A DNA stretch of 63,888 bases, counting the filler, from Collodictyon triciliatum (lineage: Eukaryota), in NCBI GenBank assembly GCA_043381765.1. It is 6 parts of 6 records of this genome, joined end to end, with 100 filler letters (N's around TTAATTAATTAA, not from the genome) between each part and the next. Parts side by side here need not be neighbours in the genome. Positions count along the whole stretch, not along the records: positions 24,631 to 36,824 come from JBHJMP010002220.1; positions 36,925 to 47,609 come from JBHJMP010002221.1; 4 more parts are not named here. The stretch is one strand, 5' to 3'. Of this stretch, positions 29,791-42,500 are shown piece after piece. The notes below the pieces were generated by a model. The model did not search any database. It was not told the origin of the DNA and was given only the letters and a program-made list of their open reading frames with translations. The translations under genes and the position numbers were made by a program. Numbering within the stretch: the first letter of the stretch is position 1; each line of letters starts with the position of its first letter.

Positions 29791-31877
29791 CTATATTTAC
29801 AATCAGCCGACTAGAAAAAATTACAATTTTTCAATATGTCCGTGATTTTCTTTATTTTAATCCATTATTAATAACCATCACATTTCCTGCTTAAATGTAC
29901 TGCCTCCTCCGCGCCCGGCTCAGGGCAAAAATATTCCATCCAAAATTTCTTTCGAAAATTTGCATCGAGCGAATCAAGAATTAAAATTATAAATTTCAAA
30001 AAATCAATAATGCTCCAGAAGCAAAGATTTCGGGCACGGATATGAAAATTCACCAAAAATACCCCAATATTTTCGGTTTTTTGTTTTTTCAGGATTAAAT
30101 TCGAAGACTTAATATCTTAAAAAAATAGTATAAATAATCACGAAATAGGACGCAGTTTAATTATATATGGAGCAAGCTTATATTTCATGATTTTTACATA
30201 GATCGAAATAAATCTGAGAAAGTATTCCAAGTAAAATGGCTGAGATCACTGGATTAATATTGAATTATTCGTTATTTTAAAAAATTTACATCGTATATTT
30301 TCATTTAATACGTATATTTAGAAGAATCAAGAAACGAAGCATACCTATCATTCGTTGCTCATTCAACCAGAAAATAAGTTAAACCGACTCCCTGAATAGT
30401 GTCAATATTTTTTTTGTTAGCTTCATTCCATCGATAGCATCCTGAATAGCGTGCTTATGATCTCTGTAGCGAATAAAATAAACGATTTTTGTGTGAACAT
30501 GTATGATCGTATTTAAGTAATTTGAATGTTTTAATTTTTTAAGTTAACCAAGAACGCAGAGAATGATAAGAGGCGTTCTTCCCATTTCTCATGCATTCCT
30601 AGTAAATGATTGAATTTTGATTTCAAAACTCATATATTTTGTAATGCTGGTTTTTTTTTTCATGATAGTATGAAAGCTCTAGCAAATAAAATAATACCGA
30701 GCCTTAGTTGTTTTGTCTTTATCATGAAAGTTCCTCTCAAAAGGAAGAAAGCAGAAGATATATTCGATGGTAATATTTTTAATTACACAAGAAACAGGCG
30801 CTCAAATTCTTTGCACCTTTCATCCATGATTCGAGCAAATATTTTTCTTCGAATTAATATACATAGATCCGAATATCGTGAATAACGTGATTGAAAATTC
30901 AGTCACCATCCAGCTTGAATTATTATTAATAATTAATCTAAATGAAGCCCTTATTTTTTTTTACAATAGTCGGTTAGAACTAAGATGCCGTTACGCAAAA
31001 ACCATGTAAATGTACAGAATCACTTCAGCTTTAGGGGTATTGAAGAAATCGTTGACAGTTTTTGCCGCGAGTTTGCCCTAAATTCAGTCAATATATCCTT
31101 TTCAAACGAAACTGAAAGAATACCTATTCGAATCCGCGCCATAATAATTGCTTCGCGATTCTGTCCAGTAACGACCTTCCCAAGCGCTATGGCTAAAATA
31201 GCTAATTATAGTGCCATTTAGATGAATAGTCCGCTATATTCGCTAAAATACTAGTGATGGAGATAGCCATCCCGATTCTCTGGGGACTTGCTGGCAAAAA
31301 TTTATTTCAAAACTTACATAACGGCTTCAAATCGAATTTCATTATATTATCGGGTTGTGAGTATAAATTCAAAGCTGTTGTGTATAAAAAGACTTTATCA
31401 GTATTTAAAAAAAGAAAAATTCATAGGCAGAGAAGTCTATAAATGCCCAAGCACGTCGGGACGGTTCATTTGTGAAGTTAATATTATATCAAAATATCTA
31501 AGGTGCACAAGACTCAAAATGCGACAAGGACTCCCGATAGGAAACAAAATAAGTCATCTATTATCAACACCGTGTTAGAAATTAACCATGCTGCAGTGAG
31601 GCAGGATATATGAAAATAATCGATGACTGGTCTTCTTGAAACACAAAGACATATTTCACTAAGTGTTTAACATTTTTTCTTTTTTTTAAAAAGAATATTT
31701 ATTCAGCCTCTTTAACATATCTGGTGTATTTGAGATATTTCCCCCTTGCTTTGGCGTTTTTTTTTTTTTACTCATCATCTAACCGCTAAGTAAAATGATT
31801 CTCCAACACATAAAAATTTATTGTCCACAGCCACAGCCAGCACAGCCACAACCATTCTACATCTTGAGCCTAGGAAA

Positions 31878-34137
31878 ATGACCACACGCACTCAAGAGAA
31901 CAAGCCGCGTATTTCGTTGGTTTCTGATGATTCATCCGGTCCCAAGGACATTAACAACAATGCTTGGGCGGATGTAATTCTTGAATTCTAATATATTAAA
32001 AGACCGCTAAAACCATTAAAAAAAATTTAAATTACCAGTAAATACATAAATTAGAACCCCCCGCCGGAGAGGAATTACTATCTATTGAAAACTTATCTTC
32101 ATATATTTAATTATATAGGCTGAGATGAAAAAGAGTATCCGACGTACTATCTCATTGCGCAACTCAATCTTGTTGCTATCTTTCTTCTCTGTCGTCTCTG
32201 TTGCCTTGGTGAGCGTCGTTCCGTCTTATACGTTCGGCTTTTCTGCGGTCGGAAATATCTCCGACCAACTGCAAGATCAAACCATGGACAGAATCAAGAG
32301 CGAGCTCCAAGCAGTTTTGAACACCCCACACGACATATTGAGATCTTTGCACACAACTGTACAATCATGGCAGATAGAAAATGTATGGAATCACTGCAAC
32401 CATTTCCCCTCAAGAGAAACATTCATGGGCGTAATCGACGGGTCAGGTTTGAGGGCGAGGTATGGATCTGCTGACGGTGGAATAGTTAGTTTGACAGAGG
32501 ATTATGGAGTAGTTTCGATGGGTTGTGCTGATAGAACGATAAACTACAATATATCATATTTTGTACTAAACAGCTCTTTAGTTAGAACGCCTATAAATCA
32601 ACTTCAGCGTTTGAGGTCAATACCAAAGTTTAACTCAACAACACGAGCATGGTACACAGCTGTCACCAAAGCCAAAGGACCTACTTGGGGTGCGGTTTTT
32701 GCGGCATTTTCAGGATTTGGTGTGCAGCTCGCCCTTCCTGCTAGTCGACCTATTTACGATTCGAAGACGATGACCAAAATTGTTGGGGTATTAAGCGCAG
32801 AGTTTTTTTTAAAAAAAATTCAAGAAATCCTTTATACAATCAAAACAAGTGATAATGGAAATGCTTATATTTTACAAAAGGATACTAAAGTAATAGCAAA
32901 TACTCTAGGGGCCACATTTGTGGACCAAAATGCTAAGCATTTAACTTACCTAGAGACAGGGAACAGTCTAATGATTAAGTCCGCAAATAAATTGCAGAAG
33001 GATGCAACTGGTAACATTATGCCTATCACAAAGACAAAGTCTTTTTCTTTCAAGCAAGGTAAGACTCAGTATTTTGCCCTGGCTTCAACTCTTGTTGATC
33101 CTCGCGGTGGAATTGAGTGGACAGTTGTGGTGCTGATTCCAAGAGACGATATATTCGGAAAAATTGATAGCATGATTATCATATCATCAGTGCTTACTGC
33201 CGTTCTCTTTGTTGTCACTTTGGCAGTCACACTGTTGGTATCCACGTATATCAGTAGACCCTTGAATGTTGTTGCAGATGCCATGCATAACATTTCTCGA
33301 CTAGAATTTGAGAAAAAGTCATTACAAAAGTCAGACTCTCACTTGAAGGAAGTTCGAATTATTCAATCATCTTTCCAAGTAATGGAATCAGCTCTACAAT
33401 CTTTTGGAAAATTTGTACCTATGGCGGTTGTCAAAAAAATTGTAGCAGATTCTGAAAATCAGGGCCAGCTGTTTCTAGACCGCAGAAACGTTACAGTGAT
33501 GTTCACAGGTAGTGCAGAGGCCATCAACTATAAAATTTAAGCAAAAATCCATCTAATTACCATATATAACTCTTTCAAAAATTTTGATGACAAATAAAAA
33601 TCGGATTTATATTTCATGCCGCAGCAGCTGATTCGCACTTTGCTATAGATATCGAAGGATTCACTACCTTGTCCGAGTCTATATCAGCAGAGGCATTGGT
33701 AGAGATACTGGCGGACTATCTAGAGGAAGTATCAAGTATCATCATAGCAACAGGTGGAACGGTGGTCGATTTCATTGGTGATGCTGTTGTGGTAAGTGAA
33801 AAGAGAAGCTTGAAAATAACCTATGCCCTTCAAATAGTAACCATACCTAAAATAACCAAATTAATCTTAAATTAACAGGCGATATGGAATGCACCCACTG
33901 ATGTCCCTGACCATGCTCTTTGTGCTACCATATGCGCTGTTCGGTATAACGTAAGTTTCAAAAAAGCGATATATGTTATATAATAGTACTCTTCTTCTTC
34001 TTCTTCTTCTTTTTCTTCTTTTTTCTTCTTTCTTCTTTCTTCTTCTTCTTTTTGTTCTTCTTCTTTTTGTTCTTCTTCTTCTTCTTCTTCTTCTTCTTCT
34101 TCTTCTTCTTCTTCTTCTTCTTCTTCTTCTTCTTCTT

Positions 34138-34200
<63 letters not shown>

Positions 34201-35025
34201 TTAAAAAAGTCGTTTGTTAATTAAAGTTCCTTTTTATGAACATAGCGCGTAATGGGAGAGCTCAACAATAAATGGCTGTCGAAGAGGATTGTAAAGGAAC
34301 CACTAAATGTTCGTATTGGGATTCACACCGGACCAGTCTATGCTGGTAATATAGGGTCCTCTAAACGCATGAAGTACGACTCTATTGGAGACACAATGAA
34401 TCTGGCATCAAGGTAGCAATACATCTGAACATGGTTGAAAAATAAGCCCGCAATTATATTTACTAATGAGAACATAGTCATCGAACTTATAGTGAAACTT
34501 TTACTTTTTATTCTAGACTCGAGGGATTGAATAAGAGATATAAGACGAATGTGATAATAAGTGAAGAGACTCGAAATTCGATTCAACCTCGTATGATATC
34601 AAGGCCCCTTGAATTCGTTGTTGTTAAAGGAAAGTGAGTGAGAAGCTTAATCCTGTAGACTAATTTTTTTTATTAGACTTGTATTTTATTGTCCGACTGC
34701 AGTAAGGATGGGTCAAGACTCAAAATTTATCAAAACGAATTAATTATAAGCAAAATAATATAGGACAACACGCACCCAGATACACGAGTTATTGGCTGAT
34801 ACGCAGGAAAGTGGAGAACAAGAGGTTAGCAAAGCCAGTGCCAAGCAGAGTGCCTCCATGTCATTCCAGCACTTCACTCAAATGACTGGAAGTCAAAAGA
34901 ATGATTTAATTGGAAGTTTGAGCGATTATTGCGACACAAATCCGACCGACAAGCCGATGAAGGTGCTCCTAGGCATCGTGAGTGCACCAAACTATGACGG
35001 TGTTACAGTTTTGGATGACAAATAA
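31878..35025 (+). CDS. membrane receptor nucleotide cyclase: TM-dCache_1-TM-HAMP-class III cyclase
   Basis: TM1 ILLLSFFSVVSVALVSVV; Cache FNSTTRAWY..GPTW; WTVVVLIPRDDIFG; TM2; HAMP ISRPLNVVADAM..EVRIIQSSF..M; VMFT|DIEGFTTLSE, DFIGDAVV|AIWNAP, RIGIHTG, GNIGS, IGDTMNLAS|RLEGLNK, VVVKGK; TAA 35023-35025. Confidence 0.93.
33990..34200. repeat. compound (CTT)n(ATT)n intronic microsatellite
   Basis: Direct reading. Confidence 0.92.
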
Positions 35026-35260
35026 GAAAGTGGTCACATTTAATCAAATATATTTCACTCATTGTTTGAACCACTTTTACAAAATCTCCAGAGCAATGAG
35101 AATCCAAAACCATCTTGAATAAATCAATTCAATACAGAAATTGAATCACAGCAATTTTTTTTAGTTGCCCATATTCTTAATAAGCCGTCAATTTTTTTTC
35201 GCAATTTATGTAAGCACTGGAGAAGTTAATTCAAATATTGATATATAAAGCTAAAATAAT

Positions 35261-35885
35261 AGAGGGCAAACGCTGGTAGGAGAGGCAACCGTGGATAGGC
35301 TAACACTTGAAAGAATCAATGATAGCGAGTTGGTCAGGTGGGCGTCCCAACTGGTTGATTAGCTATGTGGGTAGCAGGGGTTGGATGTGTTGTGGAAGAT
35401 ATCCTAAGATGCATCTTCACATTTCTCTCCGCTTGCGGCCAGAGTAGCGAAGAATGTGGGCGTGTTTCAGCAGACTGTTCAAGAAGCTGTGTTGCACGAG
35501 GCTTTCCAGCCTGGATGCATTGATTTCTCGTTCGGGTGAATCATTAGAGCGAGAGAATGCACGCGCACTCCATAAGGACCACAGCATATGTCCCCTTGTG
35601 ACTGTCCAGAGTATTCTAAAGCCGTGGGTCATTTGGTATTGCGCACTAAACAGGATGTCAGACGCGCTGAGTCGGTTGGGAGCATAATCAAGCTCAGAGA
35701 GCATCTTGTGGGTAGACTCTGTCACTTTTTGAGCAAATGAGCACTTCAAAAATGTGTGTTCGATAGAGCCATCTCCACTATGGCACATGGTGCATTCTGG
35801 AGAGGTCGTTGCTGCATGGACTACACGCGCACCTATCCACAGCTTTCTGTTGGAGATGTTGGGCAGTAGTAAGCGACGGACCTTG
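35261..35885 (-). mobile_element. L1/Tx1-type non-LTR retrotransposon 3' fragment, copy 2
   Basis: SPECTMCHSGDGSIEHTFLKCSFAQKV then MLWSLWSAR (L1 W..W..R motif); stop codons downstream. Confidence 0.78.
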
Positions 35886-36824
35886 GAATAAGGTTCGTCA
35901 GTTGAAAAATAATTCTAAAATAGCTGGGGTATATCAACATTATTGGCAAGAAGAAAAAAAGTGTTAGCAACTTGAACAACAATATTATTTGTTACCCAAG
36001 GTACTGCAGCTAGAGAAATTGAAACAGAATGGTTCAAATGTGAAAGCAAGAGTTTACCACATTATATTAGAGGAGTAAAAATCATTTGTATATATTTTTA
36101 TGTAGTTTTTTATATAGGTATGCAGGTGATAACATATTCATGTATGAGAGTCTACGACAGTCGGTGGGATGAATAAAATATATAAGGATATCTCAAAATT
36201 GATAATTTCTGCTTTTTACCAAACCTCCACTATTTTACACAAACGTAGATAAAGAATACAAAAATTACACTTTTTTCTTCAACTGTTTTTATTTGAATAC
36301 AATTTTTTTTCTTTATTCGATTCAAGAGAAGGAAGGGTTTATTTGAATGCAATTAAATTTTATTAAAGCCTTATTTTCACAGCTAGGTGCAGAGTCTAAA
36401 AGGTGTCGATTGAGTCAGCAGAGATAAAAAAAAATTGATGCGACAAAAAAATTGTTCTCTTAAATACCCATTGAGAAAGAAATAAAGGAGACTGCCATCG
36501 CCCCTAGGAAAATAGTAAGTGTGGACGATAGCGGAAACCCGGGATTGCGTAGTTGGAGTTTTTGTGTTTTGGGTGGAAAGAAAGAAAAAGAAGAAAGAAA
36601 GGAGAGAAAGTGTTCTCACACGCAGACTAATCTACCCCGAGGTGAATCAGCCCCAACGCGATTTCTGGTTGTATTCGAGACTGACAGAAGAGCGGATAAA
36701 GTTGTCGGGTCGATGAAAGTACGCGCATGGCAGTTACTTCTCAAATCGATTCCGACGAGTCCTTTCAACCATCTATCTCAGACAAGGTTTACATCCTATT
36801 TCATTCCACAGGATGAGTCTTTTG

Positions 36825-36924
36825 NNNNNNNNNNNNNNNNNNNNNNNNNNNNNNNNNNNNNNNNNNNNTTAATTAATTAANNNNNNNNNNNNNNNNNNNN
36901 NNNNNNNNNNNNNNNNNNNNNNNN
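36825..36924. other. artificial scaffold-joining spacer
   Basis: N44-TTAATTAATTAA-N44. Confidence 0.95.
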
Positions 36925-37287
36925 AAAAAACAAAAAACAAAAAACAAAAAACAAAAAACAAAAAACAAAAAACAAAAAACAAAAAACAAAAAACAAAAAA
37001 CAAAAAACAAAAAACAAAAAAATGGCGAAAGATATGTGATCTATTTGAAGAGATGCAATTATGACTCGCCATTCAACCTGGAAAACAACCACACGCTCAC
37101 ACAACGTCAGATTAGCCTTGCCAGCGCAGACACTCAAACAGGCCTGAATCCATCAGAACATGTGTGCGTTATTCTGGGCGGTATAGTCCACGAGGAAGGG
37201 GTTCGGACTGGGCTATCTCTTGAATCTTGTTTTAAGACCAACTCTTACTATTTTCCCTTTTTTTTTTTCTAACAAAGAGAAACCGTG

Positions 37288-37754
37288 ATGAACGGAGTTG
37301 ATTTTCTGTGCAAGCTGGAACGGGCTCTGAAAAGGCGACGCGCTCTGCGTTCTGAGCACCACTCTGGTCGCCGCGCTTGTGTTTCAGCCATCTTGCGCAT
37401 TCGACCGAAGGCCGAGTCTGTCAGCCTTTCGACCTCTGGCCCGAATGTACACACTCTGTATTTGAGTGTATAATGGTGTTTATTTTCTAAAGTGTGCGGC
37501 ACACTTATGGCATGGCCCACACACTAGTAAACAAGACAGAATCTTCTGAATGTCATCTTTTCCTCTTCATATTAGGTATCTGTCTGCTCAGCCGAACAGC
37601 TTCTGGAACAAGGTTGAAATCGCAAGTTGTTAAATAAAGTTTTTTTTTCAATCATTATTCCTCTGTTTATGTTGGTGACTCTCGTATGTATAATTGTTAT
37701 CTGTTTCAGTGACCCTTTTTACTTGGGTTTAAAATTGTTGTTTCTTCTTCTTTT

Positions 37755-37786
<32 letters not shown>

Positions 37787-37832
37787 CATACATACATACA
37801 TACATACATACATACATACATACATACATACA

Positions 37833-37863
<31 letters not shown>

Positions 37864-39131
37864 GTACATATACATAGAATGGGTTCGTGGTGGCACCGTC
37901 CAAATCCTTTTTATTAAGCGCGCGGTGAATCCAAACGATCGATGGAGTGGCCAGGTTAATATTTTGTCTTGCGGGCTAGATAATCTATTTTCTATTCCCA
38001 TTTTAAAACGATCAACATATAAACTACAGTGGCGAACGTAATAAGTCATAATCAAAAAATCATAAAATAATCCAGTGGATTCAACTCAATACATTCCATC
38101 TGTTTCTGAACTAAGGTTGCATTTCCTGGTGGGAGACGTCAGGAATCAGACTCTGATGACCAAGTAAACTCTGCGATTTTATTCGTCTAGTGTTTTTCCT
38201 CCTTTCCTCAAAACAGCCCTTATATTCTATATTCCGAAAAGAATGATGTCTTTTTTTTTCATCCAATCTAAATGCTGATGTTTAAAGGCCACAGCACAAA
38301 GAGAGACGATGGAAGAGATATCACTCGACCTGTCAAACCGGTAGGATTTCACTCACGCGATTTTTACTATTCTTCTAAAATGTCGGCGCGCCTTTTTCTC
38401 TCCCTTTTTTCCCGCCTGTTGGGTTCCTATTTTTACTGTCATATTACCAAACAGAAACAATTACATATGTCTTGGTCAAATCGATGACTTTAACGTGATG
38501 CAAGGAAAAGGAAGTGGCGGGCTTGTCTTGTCATGCTGGAGTATTTGCCTATATCGCATATACATATACACGTACCATCGCCTAGATCAATGAATGGAGT
38601 AGAAGACACTAGATGGCACTTAAGGCCTTTTTTGTTTTGTTTTTTTTGTTTTGTTTTTTGTAGTTGATTTTTGTAGTTGATACTTACAAATGAAATAGTA
38701 CATCTTTCTGTAAATCACTAATCAATCGTGATTTATCCATTATTAAACTAAAAATGAAATAATAATAATAATAAATGCACAGTTTTTCTTCAAGTCACGC
38801 CTTCCACGCCGCCGCTTCGTCTGCACGAGAAGGAGGTTGCTGCATTCCGTTGGGTCGATGTCACATCCCTCTACAAATCGCCCCGCCTTGTCACACTCAC
38901 CTTCCCCATCAAAAGCATGTACCCGGACATCAAAACATCGCAGCAGATTCTGGCTTCGTTGGGACTCGACCCGGTGCGCCTGCCGGCCGTCCACTTGCCT
39001 CCCACCCTTCCTTCGGTGGATGCAAATGAAGACACAAACTCTGCCTTCACCTTGTGGGGGCTGACTCTCGGTCGCTTTGGCGAGCTTCTGGAGTTGACGC
39101 GCCTTCCTCGCCCCGACAGGCCGCCAATGGC
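37288..39131 (+). CDS. Nudix hydrolase, CoA-pyrophosphatase (NUDT7/PCD1)-like, multi-exon; 3' end in gap, start uncertain
   Basis: RACVSAILR, ILFIKRAVNPNDRWSGQ|VAFPGGRRQESDSDDQ|ATAQRETMEEI (Nudix box), LGQIDD, EVAAFRWV, LWGLT. Confidence 0.88.
37757..37862. repeat. (ACAT)n intronic microsatellite
   Basis: Direct reading. Confidence 0.92.
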
Positions 39132-39561
39132 NNNNNNNNNNNNNNNNNNNNNNNNNNNNNNNNNNNNNNNNNNNNNNNNNNNNNNNNNNNNNNNNNNNNN
39201 NNNNNNNNNNNNNNNNNNNNNNNNNNNNNNNNNNNNNNNNNNNNNNNNNNNNNNNNNNNNNNNNNNNNNNNNNNNNNNNNNNNNNNNNNNNNNNNNNNNN
39301 NNNNNNNNNNNNNNNNNNNNNNNNNNNNNNNNNNNNNNNNNNNNNNNNNNNNNNNNNNNNNNNNNNNNNNNNNNNNNNNNNNNNNNNNNNNNNNNNNNNN
39401 NNNNNNNNNNNNNNNNNNTTTTTTTTAAAAAAAAAAAGGAGGGAAAAGGAAAAAACTTCAAAGACTCAGAGTTGAAATTGCAATCGCTTATCTGTGCTAA
39501 TCGCCTTTGTTTGTTCTTCGTGTTTATCTTAGTGATTGATTTAGTCAGAGTATTCAGGGTA

Positions 39562-42500
39562 TTAGAATAAGATAGAACCCAGGGACAATATGAGATTTGC
39601 CAGCAGCAAAATGGAGCCTAAGTTTAGAAGCATTTCACAGTAGAAAAACGTCCTTCTTGCTATCTGGTCGATGGCATCATCAGACCTATTTATTTTTTTT
39701 TTTTAAAAAAAAAAAGCGCGCTCATGGAACTATTCATACTGTTATATTATATGGTACAACGATTGTAATTCCAGCTGCGTTGTCGATAAAGAGTCATCTT
39801 TTTGAATTTGTTTGTGGCGGTCGCAAAAAGACAACCCATTAAGAGATCGTCACAGCAATCATAATCATGATATCACTGCTGGAGCTGACAATAATTATAT
39901 GAATCACACGCTTGTATCTAAATTATAATCACAAACCATCCTTGCATATATACAATTATTATATCAGAAAATGCCTTCAAAGCATGTTCTCCATCGAGTG
40001 AATACACTGGAGTGGCATTCAGTACAGCCAAGCCAAGTGATAGAGCAATAAAATATGTTGATAATGTCAAGGACAATTATGAAGCAGTATATAATATATA
40101 ATATAATATATATATGGTTATCGTAGTATTGCCAGTAAAGAAAAAAAATAGGATATCTGCACAGTTTCTCCAAATAGAATGGTGCTATGAACAAAGCTTC
40201 ACTGCTAAATATTCTTGGATAAAATGGAGATACTATAACTATCCATATGAAGGCATTATCGGGTGGGGAAAAGACAATTAATATTATTATGCTTTTAAAA
40301 AAAAAAAACATATGAATCGACTTTTCATGAACAATGCGATACTTTGATTGGTCTTATTCAATAAATCTTCAAAAATATGAACATAAGAATACCATACCGT
40401 GAGCATAGAGATCGCCAGGATATCCAGCAAAGTATAAAGACTCACTATTTTTAGTCGTAAAAAAGAGTCCATGTTTGAAAAATAGCAATCAAAATAGGAT
40501 ACACAAATATGATTTTTTTTTGGTTTCTTTTCAACAGTTTATTGAGAGAAAGGATACACAAATATGATAAAATTATGCAGTATTAAGTGCGTCCAATATT
40601 ATGAGTCGAATAAGAGGACAGGTATTCATTACATCTTACTGTATCCAGATATAGCACTTGTGCGGTAGTCCAGTCTAATAAACCGAACGCCTTTTGGAAG
40701 CTGGGAGCGCAGGCATGAATTTTCTTTTATTGTATGCATTATTTTAGAAAAGGCGATGTGAGGATGTGACGGTTTGCACATGTATCTTTATATCTATGTT
40801 TATCAATAGTTGTAGTTTAGTCATAGTTACTTTTTAGTCCACAGTCTTGGTTTGTTGAGCACTCTTTTATTATTGTGGAATTCAACAACTTCAAGGGATT
40901 TAGACAAATAAAAGAGCTCTATGAAAATTGAGGGTTTTATGTTATTTTGAATTACCTTTGAGACATATGATAGCACTGGTACATGAAAATTGATTGTAAA
41001 ACACAATGAGAATCTTTTCTGGTTGAATTGTATACCTCGCTTTCAGACTCAAATTCAAAGCATTCTACAGATTCCTCGACTTCAGGTTTGCAACATGAAG
41101 GAAGATCATTCCCAGTGAATTCTGGATACAGCAAATAGGCACGAAAGAAGGGTATAAAGAAACTATCTACAGGATCTTTAAATAATATACATTGGGTTTA
41201 GTTTATCATATAGTATGGTGCTACAAACTTTCCTTCTGTACCAGACTATCCAATTCGTAACAGAATCCAACATTTGTATGACGCATCTGTTGTTCCAAGA
41301 AGAAGGAATCCCAGTCATTTTTTGAGTTGATATGCTTCCCATTCAGTGATGATATTACAAATCCGAGATTAAGAGGTTCGACACTCTCGACACTCTATGC
41401 AAAGGGAGGAAATCAATGACCGAGACACATCACCATAACTTCGAAATATAACATAATATGATGATTATGACATGTTTTAACATTTCTATGATGTTTTTTT
41501 TTTAAATATTGATGCGCGTTTTGAAATTAATTTAACAATTAGGCTGTCTTCATAGAAAACAGAGACATCACTGTCATATTCAAAAAAAAAAAAGTACCTT
41601 ATCAACGAAGGCTATAGTCACCCCATTGGATGTTGTGTACAAGGGGAACAATAAAATGGGCATGGAAAATAGCATCACCCCAGATAAGAAGCATAATCCA
41701 ATATTATTCAACACACCAGCGCATGCGACCCGAAGTCTTACAATAGGATTTGCCTTCAATATGCGATAATAAAAAAAATAAACAAATCAGTTCGGAATAT
41801 GTTGAATATAATCGTCCAAATAGATGCTATACATAATACATTGTTTGAATGTGCTAATCTTAACTAGAAATGTAAAATAATACCTCATTCAAGGATGGTA
41901 TGTCAACAAATGCTCCAGGGTATATCGCAGCGAGAAACACTCCCATGCGCGATATAGGGAGGGAGTAACTAGTACGAATATAGTGTTGATAGCCTCCCAA
42001 AAAAATCGATTGAAAGTCCTTCCAAAACATCACCGATGTAATTATAAAACGTAATATTACTATGCGGCAGCTATTGCGTGGCCCATCTCATGAACGACCC
42101 CATTAATTGCTAACACAATAAATACATATAGTATTTGGTGGGATGGCAAATTAACGCCAGGTATCTGTGTTAAATCGAAGGAAGACATATGATCGCCTTT
42201 ATTAATCATATACTCATGTTTCCTTTTCTTTCTCTTCGTTTTATGCTTTGAAAGCAATCGGAATTAAAAAAATATATTATGGAGTATTTTATAAGTGGAA
42301 CGAGTGTATATGATGAGTAATTGTGTCAAAATATTTCTACCATGGGTGTGATCAATGGAGATGTTTGTTCTTGAGGTAAAATCAAACGAAATATATTCAC
42401 AGTCAAGACAGATATAGATAGGCCTGTAAGCAGCAAGAACATATATGGGCCTGAACGGATCCATAAATCTATCAACCTAAAGCGAAAGCTAAATGCATTC

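Noticed and set aside
30380-31500. Exon-like minus-strand segments with plausible AG/GT boundaries
   Set aside because: I could not join them into one open frame or recognise a motif; possibly a decayed gene.
36600-36824. Possible first exon ATGAAA|GTACG near the end of scaffold 3
   Set aside because: Too short to support, and the adjacent Nudix gene is on a different scaffold.
40496-40570. Two GTATCCT matches on the minus strand within an 18-nt direct repeat
   Set aside because: They lie inside a canonical GT-AG intron of the S2P gene, not at exon ends.
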